Positions 44,859-55,359 of a stretch of DNA of 64,000 nt are shown piece after piece. A program made the translations under genes and the position numbers. Positions within the stretch are counted from its first letter, which is position 1. Every line of letters begins with the position of its first letter. This DNA is from an uncultured Ruminococcus sp. Its GTDB lineage: Bacteria; Bacillota; Clostridia; Oscillospirales; CAG-272. Location of the stretch: assembly GCA_964629225.1 (NCBI GenBank), contig CAZVQC010000007.1:1675-65674 (forward strand), written 5' to 3'. The notes below the pieces were generated by a model, which had not been told where the DNA came from, did no database searches, and saw nothing but the letters and a program-made list of their open reading frames with translations.

Positions 44859-45008
44859 AAAGCAAACAGCTAAGGCGGGCAAACGGAAATATTGAGAAGA
44901 AAAATGAAGCGGATACCGGTGAGGTATCCGCTTTGGCGTGAGGTCAAGAACCACTTTGCGTGGCTAAGTATCCGGCAAGAACGGGCATCATCGATCGGCA
45001 AAGAAAAA

Positions 45009-45042
45009 GAGACTTGGAACTCTTTGTTCCAAGTCTCTTTTC
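45009..45042. terminator. Strong bidirectional hairpin terminator
   Basis: GAGACTTGGAAC-TCTTT-GTTCCAAGTCTC, a 12-bp stem with an A-run before and a T-run after. Confidence 0.7.
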
Positions 45043-45147
45043 GATTGCTTTTGCACCGGTCGTCACCTGCCCGAAGTGTCACGGCAGGCAGTCGGCTCTA
45101 TTCCCGCTTTTCTTTTTTTAATGCGATATGTTGCTTCAGTACCGACT

Positions 45148-45524
45148 TCACACGCTTTTTGATACCGACTTCTCCGAATGCCACGGGGCAGGCGGCAACG
45201 GAGCGTCTGCTGAGTATTCCGGAGGTGCGGTAAGGGAACTTGATACCAACGGATCCAAAACGGTGTCGACTGCCGGTATGCCGGTGCTTAAGGTCACTGA
45301 GGGCGCGCCCGTTCGGGGGATACTTACCGTCTCGGCGCTGGGAATGAGGCTGAATATGCTCTTTGGCGAGACGAACATAAGAAGTCTTAACGCCACCATC
45401 CCCCAAAGCAGCACGTTGATCCATTTCGGCGCTTTTTTATGAGAAGTCGCATTATGAGTACTGCGAGCACCGTCCATGCGGCGGATATGCTCATGTTGAC
45501 GGTCTTAAGGAAGATATCACTCAT
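45148..45524 (-). pseudogene. BlaR1/MecR1 (M56)-like sensor, N-terminal fragment only, frameshifted
   Basis: MSDIFLKTVNMSISAAWTVLAVLIMRLLIKK, then a frameshift at the T6/A6 run (45433-45438), then APKWINVLLWGMVALRLLMFVSPKSIFSLIP. No HExxH peptidase or sensor domain follows. Its ATG overlaps the TGA of the BlaI-like frame (ATGA). Confidence 0.6.
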
Positions 45525-45885
45525 TGTCTTTTCTCCCTTCTGCAGCGGTCGATCATGCGCTGAAGCTCGTCCAGGTCCTCATTTGACATCTTTTCTGTTG
45601 CAAAAGGCGGCGACGAATGCGGGAAGGGAGCCCTCAAAGGTCTTTTCCACCATTTCATCTATCTGCGCCGCTCTGACCTCGTCCTTGGATACAAGGGAGG
45701 TCACTACGGTATCCTCGTTTTTTAGGACTCCCCTTTCGAAGAGCCTTTTTATCACGGTGTAGGTGGGGACCTCCATCCGAGCCTCTCGCGGCACAGTGCG
45801 ACGAGATCTCGGCTCTTGACCGGTTCGTTCTCCCACAGGATCAGGCAAAAGCGGTATTCGCTTTCAAATATCTTAGGGGGCTCAT
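45521..45885 (-). pseudogene. BlaI/MecI/CopY-family winged-helix repressor, disrupted by three homopolymer frameshifts
   Basis: Four frame segments read:
- MSP..
- KIFESEYRFCLILWENEPVKSRDLVALCRERLGW
- PTYTVIKRLFERGVLKNEDTVVTSLVSKDEVRAAQIDEMVEKTFEGSLPAFVAAFCNRK
- MSNEDLDELQRMIDRCRREKRQ

The frame switches occur at 45876-45880, 45765-45768 and 45591-45594. The 365-nt length is not a multiple of 3. Confidence 0.65.
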
Positions 45886-45966
45886 CGTTGTCTCCTCTCT
45901 AATATGTTAGAGTACAATACTGCTCTAACATATTAGACTGAGCTTGTCAAACCCCGAAGAAGTTTT

Positions 45967-46476
45967 TTATTCGGTATTTTGAAGGTATTCTATCTCGATA
46001 TGGGACATTGTGAAGCTTCTCTCTCCGCTATAGGAGAGTTCCGTGGGTGTGCCGTCGGTCAAGATGACGTAATAAGTGCCTCCGTACTGCGATATTGTGA
46101 GGACGGTGCGTCCGCTGTCGTCCTTCGATATGTCGGAGACGGACTCCTCCGTCAGTGAAAAGGCGGAGAATATCGGCTCAAGCCCGGCGGAAACGCTCTT
46201 TTCGATCTCAAGGGACACGTCTCCGTTTGAAACGGTGAAGCCCCGTTCTCCCTTGGTGAAGACCGTTCCCGAAAGTGTTGACGGGGCGGTCAATTCAAGA
46301 TCTTTCGCTTCTTTTGAAAAAACTATCTCAAAGTTCTCTCCCGCGGAGGAAAAGGAGGCTTTGACACTTGAGATATCATTTTGATAATCGAGGACGGAGG
46401 AGCCGTTTTTCGGGGTGCATCCGGGAAGCAGAAGGATCAGTATCGGAATTACCGCCATAATTATCTTTTTCAGCAT
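45967..46476 (-). CDS. Predicted lipoprotein, function unknown
   Basis: 169 aa with a signal peptide and lipobox (LLLPGC). Confidence 0.6.
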   Translation of the reverse strand: MLKKIIMAVIPILILLLPGCTPKNGSSVLDYQNDISSVKASFSSAGENFEIVFSKEAKDLELTAPSTLSGTVFTKGERGFTVSNGDVSLEIEKSVSAGLEPIFSAFSLTEESVSDISKDDSGRTVLTISQYGGTYYVILTDGTPTELSYSGERSFTMSHIEIEYLQNTE

Positions 46477-46614
46477 TTTAGGCCACCTTTGCAGAGTAAC
46501 GTGATATTACATTCTATTTTCAAGAGGATTTTTTATTACCGAGGGGCGGGGCGCTATTGAATAACTTGGTTTTTTATGATAAAATCAAATAAAAGACGGA
46601 TAGGAGGCGGCGTG

Positions 46615-47463
46615 ATGCTCTCGGACATTTTCAAAAGTGAAAAGATATCGGCTTATGGGGCACTGCCTCTCTCTGCCTGCACCGTTCTTCGGGAGCGGTA
46701 TTTCAAGGACTTTTTCGAAGGGGAACTGTTTTGCGTGATGCTGATAGTGCCCTATCCGGCTCAAAGGAGAGTCGGGGCGAAGTTTGCTTCTTTTGCGGTG
46801 ATACCGGACTACCATATCTTTTTTAAGAGGCTTGAAGAGCGGATACTGCCCTATTTTTCAAAGAAGTATCCCGGCAGGAGATTTCGCATTTTTTCCGACG
46901 TATCTCCCATTGACGAGAGGGATGCCGCCTGCCGTGCGGGACTTGGAGTCATGGGTGACAACGGGCTTTTCATTGCAAAAGGTCAGGGGTCCTTCGTATT
47001 TATCGGTGAGATGGTGACGGATCTTACCTCCGCCGAACTTGAGGGCGAGGGCATCGGATGCGGCACTTTCGAGCCGTCGGGATGCCTTCACTGCGGAAAA
47101 TGTGCCAAGGCGTGCCCGGCAGGATGCATCGGCGGGGATAAGAGCTTTTGCGTGTCGGCTCTTACTCAGAAAAAGGGAGTTTTAACGGACACGGAATGTG
47201 ATATCATCAAAAAGAGCGGATATGCTTGGGGCTGTGACGTATGTGCCCTTGTCTGCCCGCTTTTTGATGATGGAGATCGGGATATAAACAGCTATTTTAC
47301 CGAGACAGTCCTCCATGTGAAGGGCTTTGAAACTGTGGATGTGATGGACGGTGAGACTTACTCACGCTACGCGTTCTCTTGGAGAAAAAAAGACGTCATC
47401 AAAAGAAATTTTGACATTCTCGGTGAAAACAGGGAAGATAACGGGATAACGGAGGGAAAATGA
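46615..47463 (+). CDS. QueG-like 4Fe-4S protein (epoxyqueuosine reductase family, short form)
   Basis: Motifs DERDAACRAGLGVMGDNGLFI, FVFIGEMVTDL, CLHCGKCAKACPAGC and GCDVCALVCP. Start trimmed to ATG 46615, 7 nt after AGGAGG. Confidence 0.6.
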   Translation: MLSDIFKSEKISAYGALPLSACTVLRERYFKDFFEGELFCVMLIVPYPAQRRVGAKFASFAVIPDYHIFFKRLEERILPYFSKKYPGRRFRIFSDVSPIDERDAACRAGLGVMGDNGLFIAKGQGSFVFIGEMVTDLTSAELEGEGIGCGTFEPSGCLHCGKCAKACPAGCIGGDKSFCVSALTQKKGVLTDTECDIIKKSGYAWGCDVCALVCPLFDDGDRDINSYFTETVLHVKGFETVDVMDGETYSRYAFSWRKKDVIKRNFDILGENREDNGITEGK

Positions 47464-50400
47464 CTGAACTTATTACCGGAAGTGCCGGCAGCGGAAAGGG
47501 CACTTACATTATCGAAAAAATAAGAGAGCAGCTTGAAAAGAAGAAAAGAATGTTCCTCATCGTTCCGGAGCAGGAGGCTGTCATTTGGGAGAGGCGCATC
47601 TGCGCCGAGCTTCCCCCTGTGAGCGCACTGTATCTTCAAGTCCTCAGTTTCAAGCGACTTGCAAACGAGGTCTTTAGAACCATTGGAGGGATCTCTTCCG
47701 ACTTTTCGTCAAAGGGAAAGCGACTTCTTCTCATGTGGAGCGCGGTTCTGTCGGTATCGCAGGAGTTGTCTGTCTATGGCGGAGACGGGGGCTTTGAGGA
47801 CAAGTATGCTTCACTTATGCTGGACGTGGTGGATGAACTGAAGCGGAACCGCATCGGTGCAAATGATCTTTCGGAGGCATCGAAAAGGCTGTCGGGAGAG
47901 GAAGAAGGGGCACTTGCAAAGAAGCTTTCGGATATCTCGCTGATATACGGAGCGTATTCCGCGATCTGCAGTGAGACTAAGGGAAAGGATCCGGGAGACG
48001 CCCTTGAGGAGTTGGCGGCGGTGCTTCACGGAAGCGACTTTTTTGTCGGCAGTACCGTGTTCATCGATTCCTTCTACTCATTGACTCCGGCGGAGCTTGA
48101 GGTGCTGTATTGCATTCTCAGGAGCGCCGACGATACCTTCATCACTTTCACCTTCGATCCAAAGGCTAATACGGTCCATTTTGAGCACGTGAAAAAGTTT
48201 TTTGAGGACGTGAAGTACCGGTGCCAAGTTGCGAAAAGCGATCTTAAAGAAGTGAGGCTCAAGGGCAACCGTCGCACGGAAAGGGAGGATCTTAAGTACC
48301 TGTCGGAGGCACTTTGGGACTTTTCCGCAAAGCCGTTTGAGGGAAGTTCGGATGGGATACGTATCATCGGTTGTTATGACAGGTATGAGGAAGCCCGTGC
48401 GGTGGGTGCTTTGATAGAGAGATTCGTTTCGGAAGGGACAAGGTACTCGCAGATAGCGGTGGTGGCAAAGGACATCGACAGACTGCGGGGGATAATCGAC
48501 AGGCAGCTTGATGCCCTCGGAATACCCTACCACATGGCGAGAAGGAGCGGACTTAAGAACGCTCCGGAGGTGAAACTGGCGGTCAGTCTTCTCAACTGCG
48601 TCGGCAAGGGGTATCGGCGTGAGGATGTCGTAGCCTGCCTTAAGACCGGTCTTTGCCCCGTGAACGACGGTGAGAGTGCCGCCTTTGAGGAGTATGTTGA
48701 CACGTGGAACATCCGAGGCAAGAAGGCGTTCCTTTCGGATGACGGTTGGAGCATGAATCCCCTTGGATACACCGCTAAAATGACCGAAAGAAGCAAGCTT
48801 GAGCTTCGGGATGCAAACAGAGTACGGGAGGTGCTTGCCGCTGCCTTCAAAAAACTCACGGCGGTATTTGACGGCGGTACAGCGACGGTGCGTGATATCT
48901 GCCGTGCTCTTTATGAAGTCTTTGACGGGTGGGATGTCTTTTCCTCCTCCATGAGAGATGCCGAGCTTCTCCGCCTGTCCGGTCGAGATTCCGATGCCGC
49001 GATGGAGGAGAAGGTGTTTGAACTCATCGTTTCCGTCTTCGACGTTATGGAGCAGACGGTGGGGGACGTGAGGCTTGATGCCTGCCGGTTTGCAAGGCTG
49101 TTCTTTGCAGTAGCATCCACGTTCGACACCGGTGCGATCCCTGCGGGGATCGATATGGTGACACTGGGAAGTGCCACCGGTGTCCGTCTTGACGGGATAA
49201 AGCACGTTATCACCGTGGGATGTGTTGAGGGAGAGTTCCCGGCATCCGGAGAAAGACATGGAGTCTTTTCCGATGCGGACATAGAGGCTCTTGAGAAGGT
49301 AGACGTCAGATTTTTGGATGCGGATGACATGAATGAGGATCTTTTCCGCTTTTGGCGGACGGTATCCTGCTCGTCCGAGAGCGTTACGCTGACGGTACCC
49401 CGTGCAGACGGCGAGAACACATTGCTTCCTTCCGTTGCGGTTAGAAGGATAAAAAAGCTTTTCGGCACCGTCGAAGAAGAGTTCTCCGACGGTGCCGAGA
49501 GGGACGGGGTGTTTTCAAAAAGAAGTGCTGAGGCTCTTGCTCCCTATCTTGAAGGAGGAGCCGCTCTCGGTGTTATTCGCCGCATTGCGGATGAGGACGG
49601 AGATATCGATATTCCGAAAAAGCAGGAATGTCCTCTTTGCGCCGACGGTGACAGGGTCTCCAAGGGATGCGCCGATGCACTGTGGGGCGGCGGTATGTCG
49701 CTTACTCAGTCCCGCATCGACAAGTTCTCTTCCTGCCGTTTCGCATTTTATATGAACTATGTTTTGGGCCTTGAGGAGCAGAGGCGGGCGAACGTAAGTG
49801 CCGCCGACAGCGGAAACTTCATTCATAAGGTGCTCGAAGTCTACTTCGGCGCCGTTAAGAGCCGTGACGAGCTTCCGGAAGGTGAGGAGATGAGGCGTAG
49901 GATATCCGAGATAACGGAGGATTACGCAAGGGACTCCATGGGCTCTGCCAACATCACACCGAGACAGAGATTCCTTCTCGGAAGACTTGAGCGCAGCGCG
50001 GTGATGCTTACCGATCTGATATCGGAAGAGTTCAGACAGTCAGGATTCTTCCCGTTTGCATTTGAGATGCCCTTTAACGGAAAAGAGGGAAATCCCGCCC
50101 CACCAAGATTCGAGACAAAGGACGGGACACCGGTGACTCTCTACGGAGTCATCGACAGACTTGACACCTTAAGGACGGAGGATGCGGTCTATGTCAGAGT
50201 GGTGGACTACAAGACCGGTACCAAGAAGTTCGATCCTAAAAAGATAGAAAAGGGAAAGGATCTTCAGCTCCTTATCTACCTTTTTGCTCTGTGCAACTCG
50301 GGAAAAGCGGACTTTAGGGAGCGGATAGCACCCGGCGGCAGGGCTCTTCTGCCTGCGGGGGCGATGTATTTCAGCGCTCCGCCGGACAGCGCAAAAAGTG

Positions 50401-50747
50401 ACTGCTATACCGGTCCGGAGTACGGCACGGACGTAGCCAAGAAAAACGTCCTCAGAAGCGGTATCTTTCTTGACGATGAGAAGGTGCTTCGAGCAATGGA
50501 CAGCGGTCTTAGCGGAAAGTTCATTCCGAAGTACAAAGCGGGTGCCACTTCCTTCGCAACACTTGAACGCTTTGGAGTGCTGTCGGGAGAGATAGAGTCG
50601 ATAGTAGTGTCCATTGCGGACAGCATCAAGGGCGGAGACTGCAGAAGCATTCCGGCTGAGCCGGGACGGAACGGAAGTTGTGAATACTGTAAAATGAAGC
50701 CGATATGTCGGCACATTGAAGGAATGGGAGGTGAGAGCGATGAGTGA
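47460..50747 (+). CDS. addB: Helicase-exonuclease AddAB, subunit AddB
   Basis: 1095 aa. Walker A GSAGSGKGT, a C-terminal PD-(D/E)xK nuclease region (VVDYKTG) and Fe-S cysteines (CEYCKMKPIC). Confidence 0.9.
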   Translation: MTELITGSAGSGKGTYIIEKIREQLEKKKRMFLIVPEQEAVIWERRICAELPPVSALYLQVLSFKRLANEVFRTIGGISSDFSSKGKRLLLMWSAVLSVSQELSVYGGDGGFEDKYASLMLDVVDELKRNRIGANDLSEASKRLSGEEEGALAKKLSDISLIYGAYSAICSETKGKDPGDALEELAAVLHGSDFFVGSTVFIDSFYSLTPAELEVLYCILRSADDTFITFTFDPKANTVHFEHVKKFFEDVKYRCQVAKSDLKEVRLKGNRRTEREDLKYLSEALWDFSAKPFEGSSDGIRIIGCYDRYEEARAVGALIERFVSEGTRYSQIAVVAKDIDRLRGIIDRQLDALGIPYHMARRSGLKNAPEVKLAVSLLNCVGKGYRREDVVACLKTGLCPVNDGESAAFEEYVDTWNIRGKKAFLSDDGWSMNPLGYTAKMTERSKLELRDANRVREVLAAAFKKLTAVFDGGTATVRDICRALYEVFDGWDVFSSSMRDAELLRLSGRDSDAAMEEKVFELIVSVFDVMEQTVGDVRLDACRFARLFFAVASTFDTGAIPAGIDMVTLGSATGVRLDGIKHVITVGCVEGEFPASGERHGVFSDADIEALEKVDVRFLDADDMNEDLFRFWRTVSCSSESVTLTVPRADGENTLLPSVAVRRIKKLFGTVEEEFSDGAERDGVFSKRSAEALAPYLEGGAALGVIRRIADEDGDIDIPKKQECPLCADGDRVSKGCADALWGGGMSLTQSRIDKFSSCRFAFYMNYVLGLEEQRRANVSAADSGNFIHKVLEVYFGAVKSRDELPEGEEMRRRISEITEDYARDSMGSANITPRQRFLLGRLERSAVMLTDLISEEFRQSGFFPFAFEMPFNGKEGNPAPPRFETKDGTPVTLYGVIDRLDTLRTEDAVYVRVVDYKTGTKKFDPKKIEKGKDLQLLIYLFALCNSGKADFRERIAPGGRALLPAGAMYFSAPPDSAKSDCYTGPEYGTDVAKKNVLRSGIFLDDEKVLRAMDSGLSGKFIPKYKAGATSFATLERFGVLSGEIESIVVSIADSIKGGDCRSIPAEPGRNGSCEYCKMKPICRHIEGMGGESDE

Positions 50748-53700
50748 CGGCAAAGTATGTTGGACAAGAACTCAAGAGAAAGTTATCGGTTCCAAGAAAT
50801 GCGGGATACTTCTTTCCGCCGGAGCGGGAAGCGGTAAGACTGCGGTATTGACCGAGCGGGTCACGAGGCTTGTCATGGATGAGAAAAACGGGATCCCGAT
50901 CTCAAGGATGCTCATCGTCACCTTCACCAAGGCCGCAGCGGGAGAACTGCGGGACAGGATAAGAAAGAAATTGACCGATGCGGTCGGAGACCGCTCGACT
51001 CCCTACCTTGTGAAACAGCTCGTGGATCTTGAAAACGCCGAGATCGACACCATATCGGCGTTCTTCTACCGTTCCGTGAGAGCCAATGCGCCGCTTTTGT
51101 CGCTCCCTCCGGACGTGAGAGTGGGGGAGACTGCTGCTGTCTGCGCCATTGAGAAGAAGGTAATGCGAGACGTGGTGGATGACTTTTTTGACACGGCAGA
51201 TTCGGACTTTGAGGAACTTGCGGACTGCCTGTCATCCTCAAAAGATGAGACGAAGCTTGACACGGTGCTTCTTGAACTGGCCAAGACTCTCAGAGGAAAA
51301 GGCGTCTCTCCCGAAAAGATAGCAAGAGAAGCTTTTGACCTTGAAAATGCGGAGGACTTTCTCGACTCCGCGCCCGGCATCTTTCTGAGGGAGCGAATAG
51401 GGGAACTTGCAAAGCACTATCTTTTTGCATTCGGGGTGCTTTTGGAGGCTGTTGAGTCCGATGAGGACGTTATGAAGGCCTATGGCGACAATTTTGAATT
51501 TTTTGCTTCTTACCTCACCGCCCTCAAACGGGAGGCGAAGAGCGGCACCTACGCCACTTTAAAAAAGCTGATCGATGAGCCGATACCGAAACTCGGATCC
51601 CTCAAATACAAGACGGAGGATGCCCTCTGCTTTTCCGATCTTAAAAACCGCCTTTCGGATTCCATAAAAAAGCTGAGAGCAGAGGTGTTCGATGCGGAAG
51701 CTCCCGTTCTTCAATTAGTGATAGAAAAGAGCTGCCGTATCAGTCGCAAGATCGCTCAGGTTATGGAATGTTATTTCGATCGGCTTGCAAAGGAGAAAAG
51801 GGATCGGGGCATCGTGGATTTCGATGATCTCGGACTGATGGCAAAGAAGATATTCTGCAATGAGGACGGAGGCCCCACCCGTGCGGCTCTTGAACTGTCC
51901 GAAAAATACGATTGCATCTTTGTTGACGAGTATCAGGACACCGACGGCATCCAAGATGCGGTATTCTCCGCCATAAGCACCGGTAAAAGCCGCTTTATGG
52001 TAGGTGACGTAAAACAGAGCATCTACGCTTTCAGAGGTGCCGACCCGTCGGTATTCAATTCCTACCGCGACAGATGGAAGAGCGGGAAAGACGGCAGTGG
52101 TGAGAATGACTGCGTAACGGTCTTTATGCGTGAGAACTTTCGCTCGTCAAAGAACGTTATTGATTTTGCGAATCTGGTGTCGGAGGTAATGTTTGACGGC
52201 TCCGATACCCCATTTGAAACGGGAGACCGTCTCATTTGTTCGAAAAACGGCGGTGAGGACAACGGGAAGAAGACGGAGATCTGCATCGTCGGTGAGGACA
52301 AGGAAGCGGGGATATCCGGAAGGGAAGCGGAGTGCGAATACGTAGCGGATCGGATAGAGGGAATGCTTGCAAGGGAAAAAAAGGACGACGGCACTCCCGT
52401 CACCCCCTCGGACATTGCCGTGCTTTTGAGAAATGCCACCCATGCCGGAGAATTCGCCGCCGCCTTGAAGCGCCGCGGGATCCCGGTGTCCGACCTTGCC
52501 ACCTTGGAATTCTTTGAGCAGAGTGAAGTTCTGCTTGTACTCAGCATTTTAAACGCCATCGACAACCCGCTCAGGGACATCTACCTTGCGGGGACTATGA
52601 AGAGTCCGGTATTCTGCTTCACCGTGGACGATCTTCTGAAGATTCGACGCAGCGGTAGCGACTGTCCGCTTTGGCACAGCGTTCTTGATTACTGTGAGCA
52701 CGGGGAGGACAGAGAACTGTCCGGGCGATGCTCCGACTTTGTGAGATTCATCGAAGCGTACCGATTTGAATCAAGGCGGATGGGAGCAGACAGGATACTG
52801 TCATCTCTCTATCAGTCCCTGTCCCTTATGTGGCTCCGTGACGGTATCGGGGACGGAGTGCTGTCCGGACAGCGGATAAGAGAGAATCTCACCATCCTCT
52901 ACGAGTACGCAAGACGGTTCGAGGAAAATAGTTTTTCCGGACTTTCCGGCTTCATAACGTTTCTAAGCGAGCTTGCGGAAGAAAAGAAAAAGAGCGCGGA
53001 TATCTCATCCGACGGCATGGTGAGAATAATAACCATCCACAGATCGAAGGGACTTGAGTTTCCGGTCTGCTTCCTTTGCGAATGCGACGTCAAGTTTTCG
53101 GACAAGGAACTCAAAAAGCCGATATTGCTTGAGGGAGATATGGGGCTCGCTTTCAGGATCAAGGATGAGAGCGGTCTTGTCGCCTGCAACACGCCCATGC
53201 GCTATGCCGCAAAGGAGTCGATGCGGCGCCGTGCGGTCTTTGAGGAGATGAGGGTGCTTTACGTGGCCCTGACCCGTGCAAGGGAGAGAATGATAGTCAC
53301 CTGCGCCGCGAAGGGGGATCCCCTTGAAAAAGCAAAGGAGGATTGGCGGTTCTATGACGGTTACATAGGAAGTAACGCCGTCTGCTTTGCCGACTGGATA
53401 CTGCCGGCGGCAATGGGAGCGACAGAGAATGGAGAGGATAGCTTTTTCACAGTCATTGAGGCATCATATTCAAGCGTTTCGGAGGTGTCGGCACAAGGGA
53501 CCTCGGAAGATGCCAAATGCGAAGAAAACGGCCTATATGAGCTCTACAGAGAGCGTTTCTCGTTCGACTACCCCTTCGGGTATCTCGCAAATATTCCCGC
53601 CAAGCTCACGGTATCAAAACTGAAGCCGGATATCCTTGACGATGACGAACTCACCGGAGGACTTGAAAGCGGAATGAGGCTTGTGGCGGAGAGCTTGAAA

Positions 53701-54351
53701 AGACCTATCGGAAACATCAAAAACGCTTTTGACGGGCACCGAAACAGAAGGAGGAACGACGCTCCGGTCCCGGCATTCATGCAGAAGGATCGCACAGTGG
53801 ATCCGGCGGCTGCGGGAACTGCGACCCACGTCTTCCTTCAGTTCTGCGATCTTAAAAAGCTATGCGAGGATCCAGACGGAGAACTTGAGAGGCTGGTGTC
53901 GGCGGGATTCCTCGATCGGACGATGGCTGACATTGTCAACATGGATGAAGTGAGGATGTTCAAGGACAGTGAATTCTTCTCTGACATCCTTGATGCTTCC
54001 GAGATACGGAGGGAATTCCGATTCAACGTGGCGATACCTGCGGCGGAGCTGACCTCCACGGAATACTTGAGGGAACGGTTCGAGAAAAACGGAGACACCG
54101 TCACGGTCCAGGGAGTCTGCGACATTATACTGAGAGACCGAAAGGGAGAGTTGATACTGGCGGACTACAAGACCGACAGGATCCCGGAAGGAATGGATCT
54201 TGAAGATGCCCGAAGGATGTTGTCTGAGCGCCATCGGGATCAGCTGAACTACTATAAAAGGGCACTTGAGGCGATATACGGAGAAGAGATCCGCCGAGTG
54301 CTGGTCTACTCCCTCGCCCTCGGCGACACCGTCGATATTTTTTTGAGGTGA
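50740..54351 (+). CDS. addA: Helicase-exonuclease AddAB, subunit AddA (UvrD-like helicase plus nuclease)
   Basis: Motifs SAGAGSGKTAVL, VDEYQDT and a C-terminal ADYKTD nuclease motif. Start trimmed to ATG 50740, which overlaps the addB stop. Confidence 0.9.
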   Translation: MSDGKVCWTRTQEKVIGSKKCGILLSAGAGSGKTAVLTERVTRLVMDEKNGIPISRMLIVTFTKAAAGELRDRIRKKLTDAVGDRSTPYLVKQLVDLENAEIDTISAFFYRSVRANAPLLSLPPDVRVGETAAVCAIEKKVMRDVVDDFFDTADSDFEELADCLSSSKDETKLDTVLLELAKTLRGKGVSPEKIAREAFDLENAEDFLDSAPGIFLRERIGELAKHYLFAFGVLLEAVESDEDVMKAYGDNFEFFASYLTALKREAKSGTYATLKKLIDEPIPKLGSLKYKTEDALCFSDLKNRLSDSIKKLRAEVFDAEAPVLQLVIEKSCRISRKIAQVMECYFDRLAKEKRDRGIVDFDDLGLMAKKIFCNEDGGPTRAALELSEKYDCIFVDEYQDTDGIQDAVFSAISTGKSRFMVGDVKQSIYAFRGADPSVFNSYRDRWKSGKDGSGENDCVTVFMRENFRSSKNVIDFANLVSEVMFDGSDTPFETGDRLICSKNGGEDNGKKTEICIVGEDKEAGISGREAECEYVADRIEGMLAREKKDDGTPVTPSDIAVLLRNATHAGEFAAALKRRGIPVSDLATLEFFEQSEVLLVLSILNAIDNPLRDIYLAGTMKSPVFCFTVDDLLKIRRSGSDCPLWHSVLDYCEHGEDRELSGRCSDFVRFIEAYRFESRRMGADRILSSLYQSLSLMWLRDGIGDGVLSGQRIRENLTILYEYARRFEENSFSGLSGFITFLSELAEEKKKSADISSDGMVRIITIHRSKGLEFPVCFLCECDVKFSDKELKKPILLEGDMGLAFRIKDESGLVACNTPMRYAAKESMRRRAVFEEMRVLYVALTRARERMIVTCAAKGDPLEKAKEDWRFYDGYIGSNAVCFADWILPAAMGATENGEDSFFTVIEASYSSVSEVSAQGTSEDAKCEENGLYELYRERFSFDYPFGYLANIPAKLTVSKLKPDILDDDELTGGLESGMRLVAESLKRPIGNIKNAFDGHRNRRRNDAPVPAFMQKDRTVDPAAAGTATHVFLQFCDLKKLCEDPDGELERLVSAGFLDRTMADIVNMDEVRMFKDSEFFSDILDASEIRREFRFNVAIPAAELTSTEYLRERFEKNGDTVTVQGVCDIILRDRKGELILADYKTDRIPEGMDLEDARRMLSERHRDQLNYYKRALEAIYGEEIRRVLVYSLALGDTVDIFLR

Positions 54352-54354
54352 AAA

Positions 54355-55311
54355 ATGAGAAAAGAAACACAGAGAAATACCAACCCCTTTCCCTATTCCG
54401 ACACCAACAAGCGCTACCACACCTTCGACTATTTCGTTCGAAAGACCTTCGGTGAAAAATGTGCCAAGATATCACTTGATGCCGGGTTCACCTGCCCAAA
54501 TATCGACGGAAGGACCTCTACCGGCGGCTGTATCTACTGCAAGAACGGCTCCTCATCATCCCACGGAAAGAGCCTTCGGGAGCAGTATCTTGCCGGAGCA
54601 GAGGTGATGAAAGCGAAATGGGATTGCCGACTTTTCATACCCTACCTTCAGGCTCACACCAACACTTACGCCCCGATCGAGGTGCTGAGACGGATCTATG
54701 AGGAGGTGTCTTCCTTCGAGGGAGCCGTGATGCTTTCCATTGCGACAAGGGCGGATTGCCTTGAAGATGAGGTGGTGGAGCTGCTCGGAGAAGTATCAAG
54801 AAAGATACCGCTGACGGTGGAACTGGGACTTCAAAGTGCGAAGGACGAGACAGCCGCTCTGATCAACAGAGGTCACACCTACGGTCAGTTCCTTGAGGGA
54901 TACGAAAGGCTGAGAGCGCAGGGAGGCAACATAAGGATCGCCGTCCACCTCATAAGCGGGCTTCCCGGAGAGGATCTCGGGGACATGGTGGAGAGCGCAA
55001 AAAAAGTCGGAGCCCTTCGCCCCGATATGATAAAATTGCATCTGCTTCACGTGCTGAGAGGGACCCCTCTTTCCGCAATGTACAACATGGGAAAATACGT
55101 TCCCATGACCCTTGAGGAGTACGTTTTGGCCGTCTGTGATCAGCTTGAGGTGATCCCTGCCGAAACTGTCATCGGCAGAGTTACCGGAGACGGGGTGAAG
55201 GAGGATCTTACAGCGCCCCTTTGGAGTCTTAAAAAGACTGTTGTGGCAAACGAGATCGACAAAGAGCTTTTCAGACGGGACAGCTTTCAGGGAAAATATT
55301 TCAATCGCTGA
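54355..55311 (+). CDS. TIGR01212-type radical SAM protein
   Basis: 318 aa. Cys cluster CPNIDGRTSTGGCIYC and the typical length and order of that family. Confidence 0.75.
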   Translation: MRKETQRNTNPFPYSDTNKRYHTFDYFVRKTFGEKCAKISLDAGFTCPNIDGRTSTGGCIYCKNGSSSSHGKSLREQYLAGAEVMKAKWDCRLFIPYLQAHTNTYAPIEVLRRIYEEVSSFEGAVMLSIATRADCLEDEVVELLGEVSRKIPLTVELGLQSAKDETAALINRGHTYGQFLEGYERLRAQGGNIRIAVHLISGLPGEDLGDMVESAKKVGALRPDMIKLHLLHVLRGTPLSAMYNMGKYVPMTLEEYVLAVCDQLEVIPAETVIGRVTGDGVKEDLTAPLWSLKKTVVANEIDKELFRRDSFQGKYFNR

Positions 55312-55321
55312 GAAGTGAAAA

Positions 55322-55353
55322 ACGGCGGACTTTAACGTCCGCCGTTTTCTGTT
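55322..55353. terminator. Bidirectional intrinsic terminator
   Basis: ACGGCGGAC-TTTAAC-GTCCGCCGT flanked by an A-run and TTTTCTGTTT. Lies between convergent genes. Confidence 0.8.
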
Positions 55354-55359
55354 TGAAAG

